Assembly (NCBI RefSeq): GCF_041950555.1
Contig: NZ_CP169531.1
Coordinates: forward strand, 2,970,560-2,994,559
Source: Zobellella sp. DQSA1
GTDB lineage: Bacteria > Pseudomonadota > Gammaproteobacteria > Enterobacterales > Aeromonadaceae
Direction of reading: 5' to 3'
DNA: 24,000 nucleotides
The first letter of the stretch is position 1, and each line of letters opens with the position of its first letter. Positions 14,496-24,000 of this stretch are shown here, in pieces. Position numbers and translations under genes: made by a program. The notes under the pieces are model-generated. The model saw only the letters and a program-made list of their open reading frames with translations, was not told the DNA's origin and ran no database searches.

Positions 14496-15665
14496 TTACA
14501 GCCCCATGGCGTATTTCATTACCTGGTTTTTCAGCGGGCCGCTGTTCTGGGCGGCTTTCAATCCCAGATTGCGCAGCAACTTGAGCGGCAGCAGATCGTT
14601 GCTGAACGCCTGATAGAAGAGATCCATCGCCCCCTGCATCAGCAGGTTGTCGGGTCGGCGCCGGCACTGGTAGCGCTCAAGCAACTCGGCCGAGGCAATA
14701 TCCTGGCCGCCTTCCACCGCCTGGTGCATCAGTTCGCTCAGGCAGGCCACGTCCTTGAACCCCAGGTTTACCCCCTGCCCCGCCAGTGGATTGATGGTAT
14801 GGGCTGCGTCGCCCAACAGCACCACGGCGCCTTTCAGATACTGGTTGGCGTGCCGCCGGCGCAGCGGAAAATGACCCTTTTCCAGCACCCGGAAGGCACC
14901 CAGCCGGGCCGGAAAATGCACGGCGACCTGCTGCGCCAGTGCCATCCGGTCCAACGCGGCCAACTCCCGGATCCGCACCTTCTGGTCGTACCATACCAGG
15001 GAGCCGTGACGCTGGCCCAAGGGCAGAAAGGCCCGGGGGCCACTGGGGCAGAATTGCTGCCAGGTCGTCTCGGCTTCCAGGGCATCGCCCTCGATGCTGA
15101 TCAGCATGCAATGCTGGGCATAGTCCCAGGCGGTGACACCGATGCCCGCAAACTGGCGGGTGCGCGACTCGGCCCCGTCACAGGCCAGCACCAGCCGGGC
15201 CTGCAGCCGCTGGCCATTGTCCAGGGCCAGCTCGGTACCGGTGGGGGTTGGTGCAAGCCCGGCCAGCCCATTGGGGCAGTCGAGCACCACATTGCGCCAC
15301 TGGGCCAGCGCCTGCCACAGCCCGAGCTGGATCACCCGGTTTTCCACCATAAAGCCGAGGTGGTCACAGTCCAGCTCCCGGGCCTCGAAGCGGGTGCCGA
15401 ACCCCTGCCACTCGCTCGCTTCCAGGGCGCGGTAGGGCCAGGCCCGCATGGCGACAATGGCATCCCAGGCCCCGGCCTGCTGCAACAGGCGCACCGAGGC
15501 GGCGCTGATCGCGGACACCCGCAGATCAAATTCCTGCCCGGGTTCGAAGGCGGCGGGCGCCCTGGCTTCGATAACCCGGATACTCAGTCCGCTCGGCGCC
15601 AGCAGCGCCGCCGCCAGGGCACCGACCATACCGCCGCCGATGATGGCGACATCACAGTGTTCCAT
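14496..15665 (-). CDS. ubiF: Ubiquinone biosynthesis flavin monooxygenase UbiF (2-octaprenyl-3-methyl-6-methoxy-1,4-benzoquinol hydroxylase)
   Basis: The start is chosen at ATG 15665 (MEHCDVAIIGGGMVG, a Rossmann FAD motif) with GGAGG 8 nt upstream. It shows strong collinear similarity to E. coli UbiF (DLRVSAISAASV, TWQQFCPSGPRAFLPL, SLVWYD, GDAAHTINPLAGQGVNLG). It sits next to the Met/Leu/Gln tRNA operon and miaB, as in E. coli. Confidence 0.9.
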   Translation of the reverse strand: MEHCDVAIIGGGMVGALAAALLAPSGLSIRVIEARAPAAFEPGQEFDLRVSAISAASVRLLQQAGAWDAIVAMRAWPYRALEASEWQGFGTRFEARELDCDHLGFMVENRVIQLGLWQALAQWRNVVLDCPNGLAGLAPTPTGTELALDNGQRLQARLVLACDGAESRTRQFAGIGVTAWDYAQHCMLISIEGDALEAETTWQQFCPSGPRAFLPLGQRHGSLVWYDQKVRIRELAALDRMALAQQVAVHFPARLGAFRVLEKGHFPLRRRHANQYLKGAVVLLGDAAHTINPLAGQGVNLGFKDVACLSELMHQAVEGGQDIASAELLERYQCRRRPDNLLMQGAMDLFYQAFSNDLLPLKLLRNLGLKAAQNSGPLKNQVMKYAMGL

Positions 15666-15827
15666 TGTCCAACCTCCGGATTTTTCGGCCATTCTACCCC
15701 ATTTAACCGGCGATTTCGGCGAGAATCTGGTCCCCTGTGCACTGGATATTATCTGGCCACTGCCGGGAGAAAAGAGTAGAATCCCCGGTCCTGAACGCAT
15801 GTCCCTTGCCGTAATTCAAAGAGTGCC

Positions 15828-17258
15828 ATGAGCAAAAAACTTCATATCAAAACCTGGGGCTGTCAGATGAACGAATACGATTCATCCAAGATGGCCGATC
15901 TGCTGGACGCCACCCACGGCTACCAGCTCACCGAGGAAGCGGAACACGCCGACGTGCTGCTGCTCAACACCTGCTCCATCCGCGAAAAGGCGCAGGAGAA
16001 GGTGTTCCATCAGTTGGGCCGCTGGCGTCCATTGAAGGAAGCCAACCCCGGGCTGGTGATCGGTGTCGGCGGCTGTGTCGCCTCCCAGGAAGGTGATGCC
16101 ATTCGCGCCCGCGCTCCCTTTGTCGACATCGTGTTCGGCCCCCAGACCCTGCACCGGCTGCCGGCGATGATCAAATCCGTACTCGAAGGCAACGGCGCCC
16201 AGGTGGATGTGGCCTTTCCGGAAATCGAGAAATTCGACAACCTGCCCGAGCCCAGGGCCGAAGGCGCCACCGCCTTCGTGTCCATCATGGAAGGCTGTTC
16301 CAAGTACTGTTCCTTCTGCGTGGTGCCCTACACCCGCGGCGAGGAAGTAAGCCGCCCCCTGGACGATGTGCTCTATGAAATCGCCCAGCTCGCCGAGCAG
16401 GGCGTGCGCGAAGTCAACCTGCTGGGCCAGAACGTCAACGCCTACCGGGGCGGGACCTTTGATGGCGACATCTGCAGCTTCGCCGATCTGCTGCGGCTGG
16501 TGGCGGCCATCGACGGCATCGACCGCATCCGCTACACCACCAGCCACCCCATCGAGTTTACCGACGACATCATCGAGGTATACAAGGATACCCCCGAGGT
16601 GGTCAGCTTCCTGCACCTACCGGTACAGAGCGGCTCGGATCGCATCCTTACCCTGATGAAACGGCCGCACACCGCGCTGGAGTACAAGTCCAAGATCCGC
16701 AGGCTGCGCGCCGCCCGGCCCGACATTACCATCAGCTCCGACTTTATCGTGGGCTTCCCCGGTGAAGACGCCGACGACTTCGAAAAAACCATGAAACTCA
16801 TCGAGGACCTGGGCTTCGACATGAGCTTCAGCTTTATCTTCAGCCCCCGCCCCGGTACCCCGGCCGCCGACCTGCCCGACGATGTGCCGATGGACGAGAA
16901 AAAGGAACGGCTGTACCGGCTGCAGAATGTGATCAACCACCAGGCCCAGCAGATCAGCCGGCAGATGCTGGGCTCGACCCAGCGCATCCTGGTGGAAGGT
17001 CCCTCCAAGCTCAACCCCATGGAGCTGCGCGGTCGCACCGAAAACAACCGGGTGGTCAACTTCGAAGGGCCGCACCACCTTATCGGCGGCTTCGCCGATG
17101 TGGAAATTACCGAAGTAATGCCCCACAGCCTGCGCGGCAAGTTCCTGCGTGACGAGGCCGCAATGGGCCTGCGGGTACAGGTGTCTCCCCGGAGCATCCT
17201 CGCTCGTCGCCCGGACGGCGTGGCCGATGAAGTGGGTGTGGCGACCTTTACCCCTTAA
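15828..17258 (+). CDS. miaB: tRNA-i6A37 methylthiotransferase MiaB (radical SAM)
   Basis: 476 aa starting [19 protein letters not shown], with the radical-SAM motif [15 protein letters not shown] and a C-terminal TRAM domain. Confidence 0.96.
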   Translation: MSKKLHIKTWGCQMNEYDSSKMADLLDATHGYQLTEEAEHADVLLLNTCSIREKAQEKVFHQLGRWRPLKEANPGLVIGVGGCVASQEGDAIRARAPFVDIVFGPQTLHRLPAMIKSVLEGNGAQVDVAFPEIEKFDNLPEPRAEGATAFVSIMEGCSKYCSFCVVPYTRGEEVSRPLDDVLYEIAQLAEQGVREVNLLGQNVNAYRGGTFDGDICSFADLLRLVAAIDGIDRIRYTTSHPIEFTDDIIEVYKDTPEVVSFLHLPVQSGSDRILTLMKRPHTALEYKSKIRRLRAARPDITISSDFIVGFPGEDADDFEKTMKLIEDLGFDMSFSFIFSPRPGTPAADLPDDVPMDEKKERLYRLQNVINHQAQQISRQMLGSTQRILVEGPSKLNPMELRGRTENNRVVNFEGPHHLIGGFADVEITEVMPHSLRGKFLRDEAAMGLRVQVSPRSILARRPDGVADEVGVATFTP

Positions 17259-17260
17259 CG

Positions 17261-17332
17261 GCCGGGAGCCGGGACTGGGGATAGGGGATTGGAAGATCCC
17301 GGCCAATCCCCTGCCCCCAATCACCAACCCCC
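17261..17332 (+). repeat. REP-like G-tract plus palindrome element in the miaB-ybeZ spacer (same family as 14449-14495)
   Basis: GCCGGGAGCCGGGACTGGGGATAGGGGATTGGaagatcccggCCAATCCCCTGCCCCCAATCACCAACCCCC. GGGACTGGGGA spans 17271-17281. A perfect 9-bp inverted repeat GGGGATTGG (17284-17292) / CCAATCCCC (17303-17311) has a 10-nt loop. Confidence 0.8.
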
Positions 17333-17349
17333 GATATTCAGGAGTTACC

Positions 17350-18384
17350 TTGACACCCAACGTCACCAATCTGGAACTCGAACTGCAGCCCGCCGACGGC
17401 CAGCGCCTGGCCAGCCTGTGCGGGCCTTTCGACGACAACCTCAAACAACTGGAACGCCGCCTGGGAGTGGAGATCAACTACCACAATCAGCATTTCCAGA
17501 TCCTGGGCCCGACCAACCTGGTCAAGGTGGCCGGCGATCTGCTGCAGCGACTCTATGTGGAGACCCAGCCGGTAAGAGGCCAACCCGTTCCCGATGTCAC
17601 TCCCGAGCAGATTCACCTCGCCATCAAGGAGGCACGGGTACTGGAGCAGGGCCCTGAGCCCGATACCGGCTACCAGTATGGCAAGGAAGTGACCATCAAG
17701 ACCAAACGCGGCCTGGTCAAACCCCGTACTCCCAACCAGGCCCAGTACGTGGCCCATATCCTGAGCCACGATATTACCTTCGGCATTGGCCCGGCCGGCA
17801 CCGGCAAGACCTATCTGGCGGTGGCCGCCGCGGTAGATGCCCTGGAACGCCAGGAAATCCGCCGCATCCTGCTGACCCGGCCGGCGGTGGAAGCGGGCGA
17901 GAAACTCGGCTTCCTGCCCGGGGATCTGAGCCAGAAGGTCGACCCTTATCTGCGCCCCCTGTACGACGCCCTGTTCGAAATGCTGGGCTTCGAGCGGGTG
18001 GAAAAGCTCATCGAACGCAATGTCATCGAAGTGGCCCCCCTGGCCTACATGCGCGGCCGTACCCTGAACGACGCCTTTATCATCCTGGATGAGAGCCAGA
18101 ACACCACGGTGGAACAGATGAAGATGTTCCTGACCCGCATCGGCTTCAACTCCAAGGCGGTGATCACCGGCGACATCACCCAGATCGATCTGCCGCGCAA
18201 TGCCAAGTCCGGCTTGCGCCACGCCATCGAGGTACTGAGCGAGGTCGAAGGGCTGTCGTTCAACTTCTTCCGCGCCGAAGACGTGGTGCGCCACCCGGTG
18301 GTGGCCCGTATCGTGCGCGCCTACGAGGCCTTCGAGTCCCGGCAGAAGCACGCATCCCATCCCGATGAGGACAAGAAAGCATGA
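17350..18384 (+). CDS. ybeZ: PhoH-like ATPase YbeZ
   Basis: Homology to E. coli YbeZ begins around ..[30 protein letters not shown]. The only plausible in-frame start near there is TTG 17350, with AGGAG 5 nt upstream. The track start at 17149 lies inside miaB. The Walker A motif [11 protein letters not shown] is present. Confidence 0.9.
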   Translation: MTPNVTNLELELQPADGQRLASLCGPFDDNLKQLERRLGVEINYHNQHFQILGPTNLVKVAGDLLQRLYVETQPVRGQPVPDVTPEQIHLAIKEARVLEQGPEPDTGYQYGKEVTIKTKRGLVKPRTPNQAQYVAHILSHDITFGIGPAGTGKTYLAVAAAVDALERQEIRRILLTRPAVEAGEKLGFLPGDLSQKVDPYLRPLYDALFEMLGFERVEKLIERNVIEVAPLAYMRGRTLNDAFIILDESQNTTVEQMKMFLTRIGFNSKAVITGDITQIDLPRNAKSGLRHAIEVLSEVEGLSFNFFRAEDVVRHPVVARIVRAYEAFESRQKHASHPDEDKKA

Positions 18385-18848
18385 CCCTGTGGCTGGATTT
18401 GCAAGTCGCCTGCGATGAAACACCCGGCCTGCCGGACGAGCAGGAGTTCGAACGCTGGCTGGCTGCCGCACTCGCCGGTGAGCGCACTGATGCCGAAGTC
18501 ACGGTGCGGCTGGTGGACGAAGCGGAAAGCCGGGAGCTCAATCGGGACTACCGGGGCCGCGACTACGCCACCAATGTACTGTCTTTCCCCTTCGAAGCGC
18601 CCCCCGGCATCGAACTGCCCCTGCTGGGCGATCTGGTGATCTGCCGCCAGGTGGTAGAGCGTGAAGCGGCGGAACAGAACAAGCCCTTGAAGTCCCACTG
18701 GGCGCACATGGTGGTACATGGCTGCTTGCATTTACTCGGTTTTGACCATATTAAGGATGACGAAGCCGAGATAATGGAATCCAAAGAGATAGCGATCCTG
18801 GCCGGTTTAGGTATCGACAATCCCTATCAAGACGATGATGAAGGTTAA
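18381..18848 (+). CDS. ybeY: Endoribonuclease YbeY (16S rRNA 3'-end maturation)
   Basis: 155 aa with the zinc motif [11 protein letters not shown]. Its start overlaps the ybeZ stop (ATGA). Confidence 0.95.
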   Translation: MTLWLDLQVACDETPGLPDEQEFERWLAAALAGERTDAEVTVRLVDEAESRELNRDYRGRDYATNVLSFPFEAPPGIELPLLGDLVICRQVVEREAAEQNKPLKSHWAHMVVHGCLHLLGFDHIKDDEAEIMESKEIAILAGLGIDNPYQDDDEG

Positions 18849-18856
18849 TGAGGTCC

Positions 18857-19738
18857 ATGAGCGACGATAATTCGAACTCAGAAAACGGTTCGTCCAGCAA
18901 GAAAAACTGGCTTGAGCGACTCGGCCAACTTTTTCAGGGCGAACCGAAGAGCCGTGAAGAACTGGTAGAAGTTATTATGGATGCGGGTGAGCGCGAGCTT
19001 ATCGATCAGGACACCCAGGACATGATCGAAGGGGTGCTGGAGGTGAGCGAACTCAGGGTACGGGACATCATGATCCCCCGCTCCCAGATGGTCACGGTGG
19101 AGAAATCCCAGCCGGTGTCCAGCTTCCTGCCCATGATCATCGAGTCCACCCACTCCCGCTTCCCCGTGGTCAACGAAGACAAGGACCACATCGAAGGCAT
19201 ACTGCTGGCCAAGGACTTGCTGCAGTACGGCTTTAACCTGACCGACGAGCCCTTTTCCATCGAGAAGGTACTGCGTCCGGCGGTGGTGGTGCCCGAAAGC
19301 AAGCGATTAGACAAGCTGCTCAAGGAATTCCGGGAAGAACGCTACCATATGGCCATCGTGGTCGACGAATTTGGCGGCGTCTCCGGACTGGTCACCATCG
19401 AGGACATCCTCGAGCTCATCGTCGGCGACATCGAAGACGAGTACGACGCCGAAGAAAGCGCCGAAATTCGCCAGATCAGCAAGCGGGTCTATGCGGTGGC
19501 GGCGCTCACCGACATCGAGGACTTCAACGAATTCTTCCATACCCAGTTCAGCGATGAAGAAGCCGATACCGTCGGCGGCATGGTGATGCATGCCTTCGGC
19601 CACCTGCCCGCCAAGGGCGAGCAGGTCGAGATCGACGGCTTCGTATTCAAGGTCGCCCACGCCGATCGTCGACGCCTGCTGCAGTTACAGGTTAAGATAC
19701 CCGACAATCAGGAAACCTCCTCCTCGGAGCCAGCATAA
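18857..19738 (+). CDS. corC: Mg2+/Co2+ efflux-associated CBS-domain protein CorC (YbeX)
   Basis: Alignment with the E. coli CorC N-terminus MSDDNS places the start at ATG 18857; ATG 18848 is the alternative. It has a CBS pair and a CorC_HlyC C-terminal domain (YHMAIVVDEFGGVSGLVTIEDILE). Confidence 0.93.
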   Translation: MSDDNSNSENGSSSKKNWLERLGQLFQGEPKSREELVEVIMDAGERELIDQDTQDMIEGVLEVSELRVRDIMIPRSQMVTVEKSQPVSSFLPMIIESTHSRFPVVNEDKDHIEGILLAKDLLQYGFNLTDEPFSIEKVLRPAVVVPESKRLDKLLKEFREERYHMAIVVDEFGGVSGLVTIEDILELIVGDIEDEYDAEESAEIRQISKRVYAVAALTDIEDFNEFFHTQFSDEEADTVGGMVMHAFGHLPAKGEQVEIDGFVFKVAHADRRRLLQLQVKIPDNQETSSSEPA

Positions 19739-21268
19739 GTGCGCAATTCTCTGCCATATCTCGGGGCCCTGCTTAGCGGGGCCCTCGGCGTTTTAGCCTT
19801 CAGCCCCTTCGACTTATGGCCGATGGCGCTGGTGTCATTGCTCGGGCTCTGCCTGTTGACCCAGCATGCCTCCCCGGGCATCGCCGCCAAACGGGGCTTT
19901 ATCTGGGGGCTGGGCCTGTTCCTGCCCGGGCTGTGGTGGATCCACGTCAGCATGACCATGTTTGGCGGCCTGCCGCTGCCGGCCGCCTTTTTTCTGGTGG
20001 CACTGCTGGCCGCCTACCTCAGTCTCTATACCGCCGCCGCGCTCTGGCTGGGCCAACGGCTGATACCCTCGCCGATATTGCGCGCCCTGCTGGTGCTGCC
20101 GGCCTTGCTGGTGGTGGCCGACTGGCTGCGCGGTTGGGTGCTGACCGGTTTTCCCTGGTTGTGGTTCGGCTACAGCCAGCTGGAAGGCCCCCTGGCTGGC
20201 CTCGCCCCCATACTGGGCGTGCAGGGCATCAGCTGGCTGCTGAGCTTCTCTGCCGGTGCCTTCTGGCTGCTGTTGCGACGCAACAGGGTCTGGTGGCCGG
20301 GCCTTGTCGCCCTGGCGCTGTGGGCCACCGCCTTCGGCACCGGCTTTATCCAGTGGGTCAGCCCCACCCAGAGCAGCCGCTTCGCCCTGGTGCAGGGCAA
20401 TATCGAGCAGTCTCTCAAGTGGATTCCCGGCCAGCTGGAACTCAGCCTGGAGCGTTATCTGGGGCTGACGTTGCCGGAGCAGGATGCCGATGTGGTGATC
20501 TGGCCCGAGTCCGCCCTGCCGGCTTCCGAACAGCAGCTGGCACCCTGGTTGCAACAGGTGGATAAACTGATGCAGGAACGCGGCCAGAGCCTGCTGACCG
20601 GTATCGTCTCCCGGCCTAGTGAGGAAGAGGTGTACAATGCGGTCATTACCCTGGGTCAGAGCCCCGATCCCTACGGACCCGGCCATGGCAATCGCTATTA
20701 CAAGCAGCAGTTGGTGCCCGTCGGTGAATTCGTACCCTTCGGCAGCCTGCTGCGACCACTGGCCCCCTTCTTCGATCTGCCGATGTCGTCCTTTTCCCGG
20801 GGCGAACCGGAGCAACCGGACCTGGACGCCGCCGGCCGCCACTTCAGCGTAGCCATCTGCTACGAAGTGGCCTTCCCGGGGCTGGTGCGGGCCAATATGA
20901 AGCCGGATACCGACTACCTGCTGACGGTGTCCAACGACACCTGGTTCGGCCAGTCCATCGGACCCTGGCAACACCAGCAGATCGCCCGCATGCGCGCCCT
21001 GGAACTGGGCCGGCCCCTGATCCGCGCCACCAACAACGGCGTGACCCTGGTCACCGACGAGAAAGGCCGCATTACCGCCAGTCTTCCCCAATTCGAAGCA
21101 GGGGTGCTGCGCGCCGAGGTCACCGGCATGAGCGGACTCACGCCCTACGCCCGCTTCGGCAGCGGGCCGCTGCTGGCCTGGTTGGGTCTTAGCCTGGTGA
21201 TTGCCGGTATCGGTTGCCGGCAACGGGGCAGGGCCTGGAGCCTGGAGAAGAAAAGCCTGTTTAAATAA
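19739..21268 (+). CDS. lnt: Apolipoprotein N-acyltransferase
   Basis: 509 aa with a GTG start immediately after the corC TAA. It is collinear with E. coli Lnt (GWVLTGFPWLWFGYSQ, LVPVGEFVPF, RPLAPFFDLPMSSFSRG, ICYEVAFP, GPWQHQQIARMRALELGRP). Confidence 0.95.
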   Translation: MRNSLPYLGALLSGALGVLAFSPFDLWPMALVSLLGLCLLTQHASPGIAAKRGFIWGLGLFLPGLWWIHVSMTMFGGLPLPAAFFLVALLAAYLSLYTAAALWLGQRLIPSPILRALLVLPALLVVADWLRGWVLTGFPWLWFGYSQLEGPLAGLAPILGVQGISWLLSFSAGAFWLLLRRNRVWWPGLVALALWATAFGTGFIQWVSPTQSSRFALVQGNIEQSLKWIPGQLELSLERYLGLTLPEQDADVVIWPESALPASEQQLAPWLQQVDKLMQERGQSLLTGIVSRPSEEEVYNAVITLGQSPDPYGPGHGNRYYKQQLVPVGEFVPFGSLLRPLAPFFDLPMSSFSRGEPEQPDLDAAGRHFSVAICYEVAFPGLVRANMKPDTDYLLTVSNDTWFGQSIGPWQHQQIARMRALELGRPLIRATNNGVTLVTDEKGRITASLPQFEAGVLRAEVTGMSGLTPYARFGSGPLLAWLGLSLVIAGIGCRQRGRAWSLEKKSLFK

Positions 21269-21292
21269 GCGCCGGCACGAACGGCTGCTTAT
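21265..21292. terminator. Possible shared hairpin between convergent lnt and ybeL
   Basis: ATAAGCGCCG-gcacgaa-CGGC(T)GCTTAT is an imperfect stem with one bulge. It overlaps the lnt stop and has no clear U-run. Confidence 0.25.
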
Positions 21293-21296
21293 CGGC

Positions 21297-24000
<2,704 letters not shown>

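Noticed and set aside
14457-15779. 440-aa plus-strand ORF opposite ubiF
   Set aside because: It is an antisense shadow ORF. UbiF homology, the FAD-binding motif and the RBS all support the minus strand.
17338-18471. 377-aa minus-strand ORF opposite ybeZ
   Set aside because: It is an antisense shadow ORF of a highly conserved PhoH-like ATPase.
19835-21223. 462-aa minus-strand ORF opposite lnt, together with the 249-aa plus-strand alternative frame 19816-20565
   Set aside because: Both are out-of-frame or antisense readings of lnt. They are Gly/Ala/Pro/Arg/Gln-rich with no motifs.

Overview
The window comes from a roughly 60% GC gammaproteobacterium. Gene order and protein sequences resemble an Enterobacterales/Aeromonadales-type core genome, but the exact taxon cannot be fixed from this sequence.

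Two conserved housekeeping blocks dominate:
- Block 1 (1-8133): prmC' <- prfA <- hemA | lolB -> ispE -> prs | TauE-family permease <- | pth -> ychF.
- Block 2 (13603-24000): an eight-slot tRNA operon (Met-Gln-[decayed Gln]-Gln-[decayed Gln]-Met-Leu-Gln) | ubiF <- | miaB -> ybeZ -> ybeY -> corC -> lnt | ybeL <- | leuS' ->.

About 5 kb of non-core DNA (8307-13289) of mosaic composition lies between them:
- A minus-strand two-lipoprotein operon. The first gene encodes a Sel1-repeat lipoprotein with an extreme Tyr/Trp/Arg/Gly C-terminal tail. The second encodes a CsgG-like lipoprotein.
- A near-canonical 20-bp lux box in the promoter region of that operon.
- A 725-bp non-coding stretch.
- A divergent, AT-rich orphan LuxR-family gene whose acyl-homoserine-lactone (AHL) pocket residues are all present, with no luxI gene in the window.
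- A GC-rich pair: a multidomain winged-helix regulator and a signal-less glutaminyl-cyclase-like beta-propeller.

The best candidate for an undescribed system is the lux box + LuxR solo + Sel1/CsgG-like lipoprotein module, read as a quorum-controlled outer-membrane export or assembly unit.

A second unexplained signal is a family of G-tract elements placed directly after stop codons, always G-rich in the sense of the gene whose stop codon they follow. It occurs at three loci (tauE-like, ubiF, miaB) and is expanded at one of them into twin perfect heptamer arrays, (GGGATTC)7 - 17 bp - (CCCCAGT)7.

Many long ORFs in the supplied track are antisense shadow ORFs typical of GC-rich DNA and were rejected.
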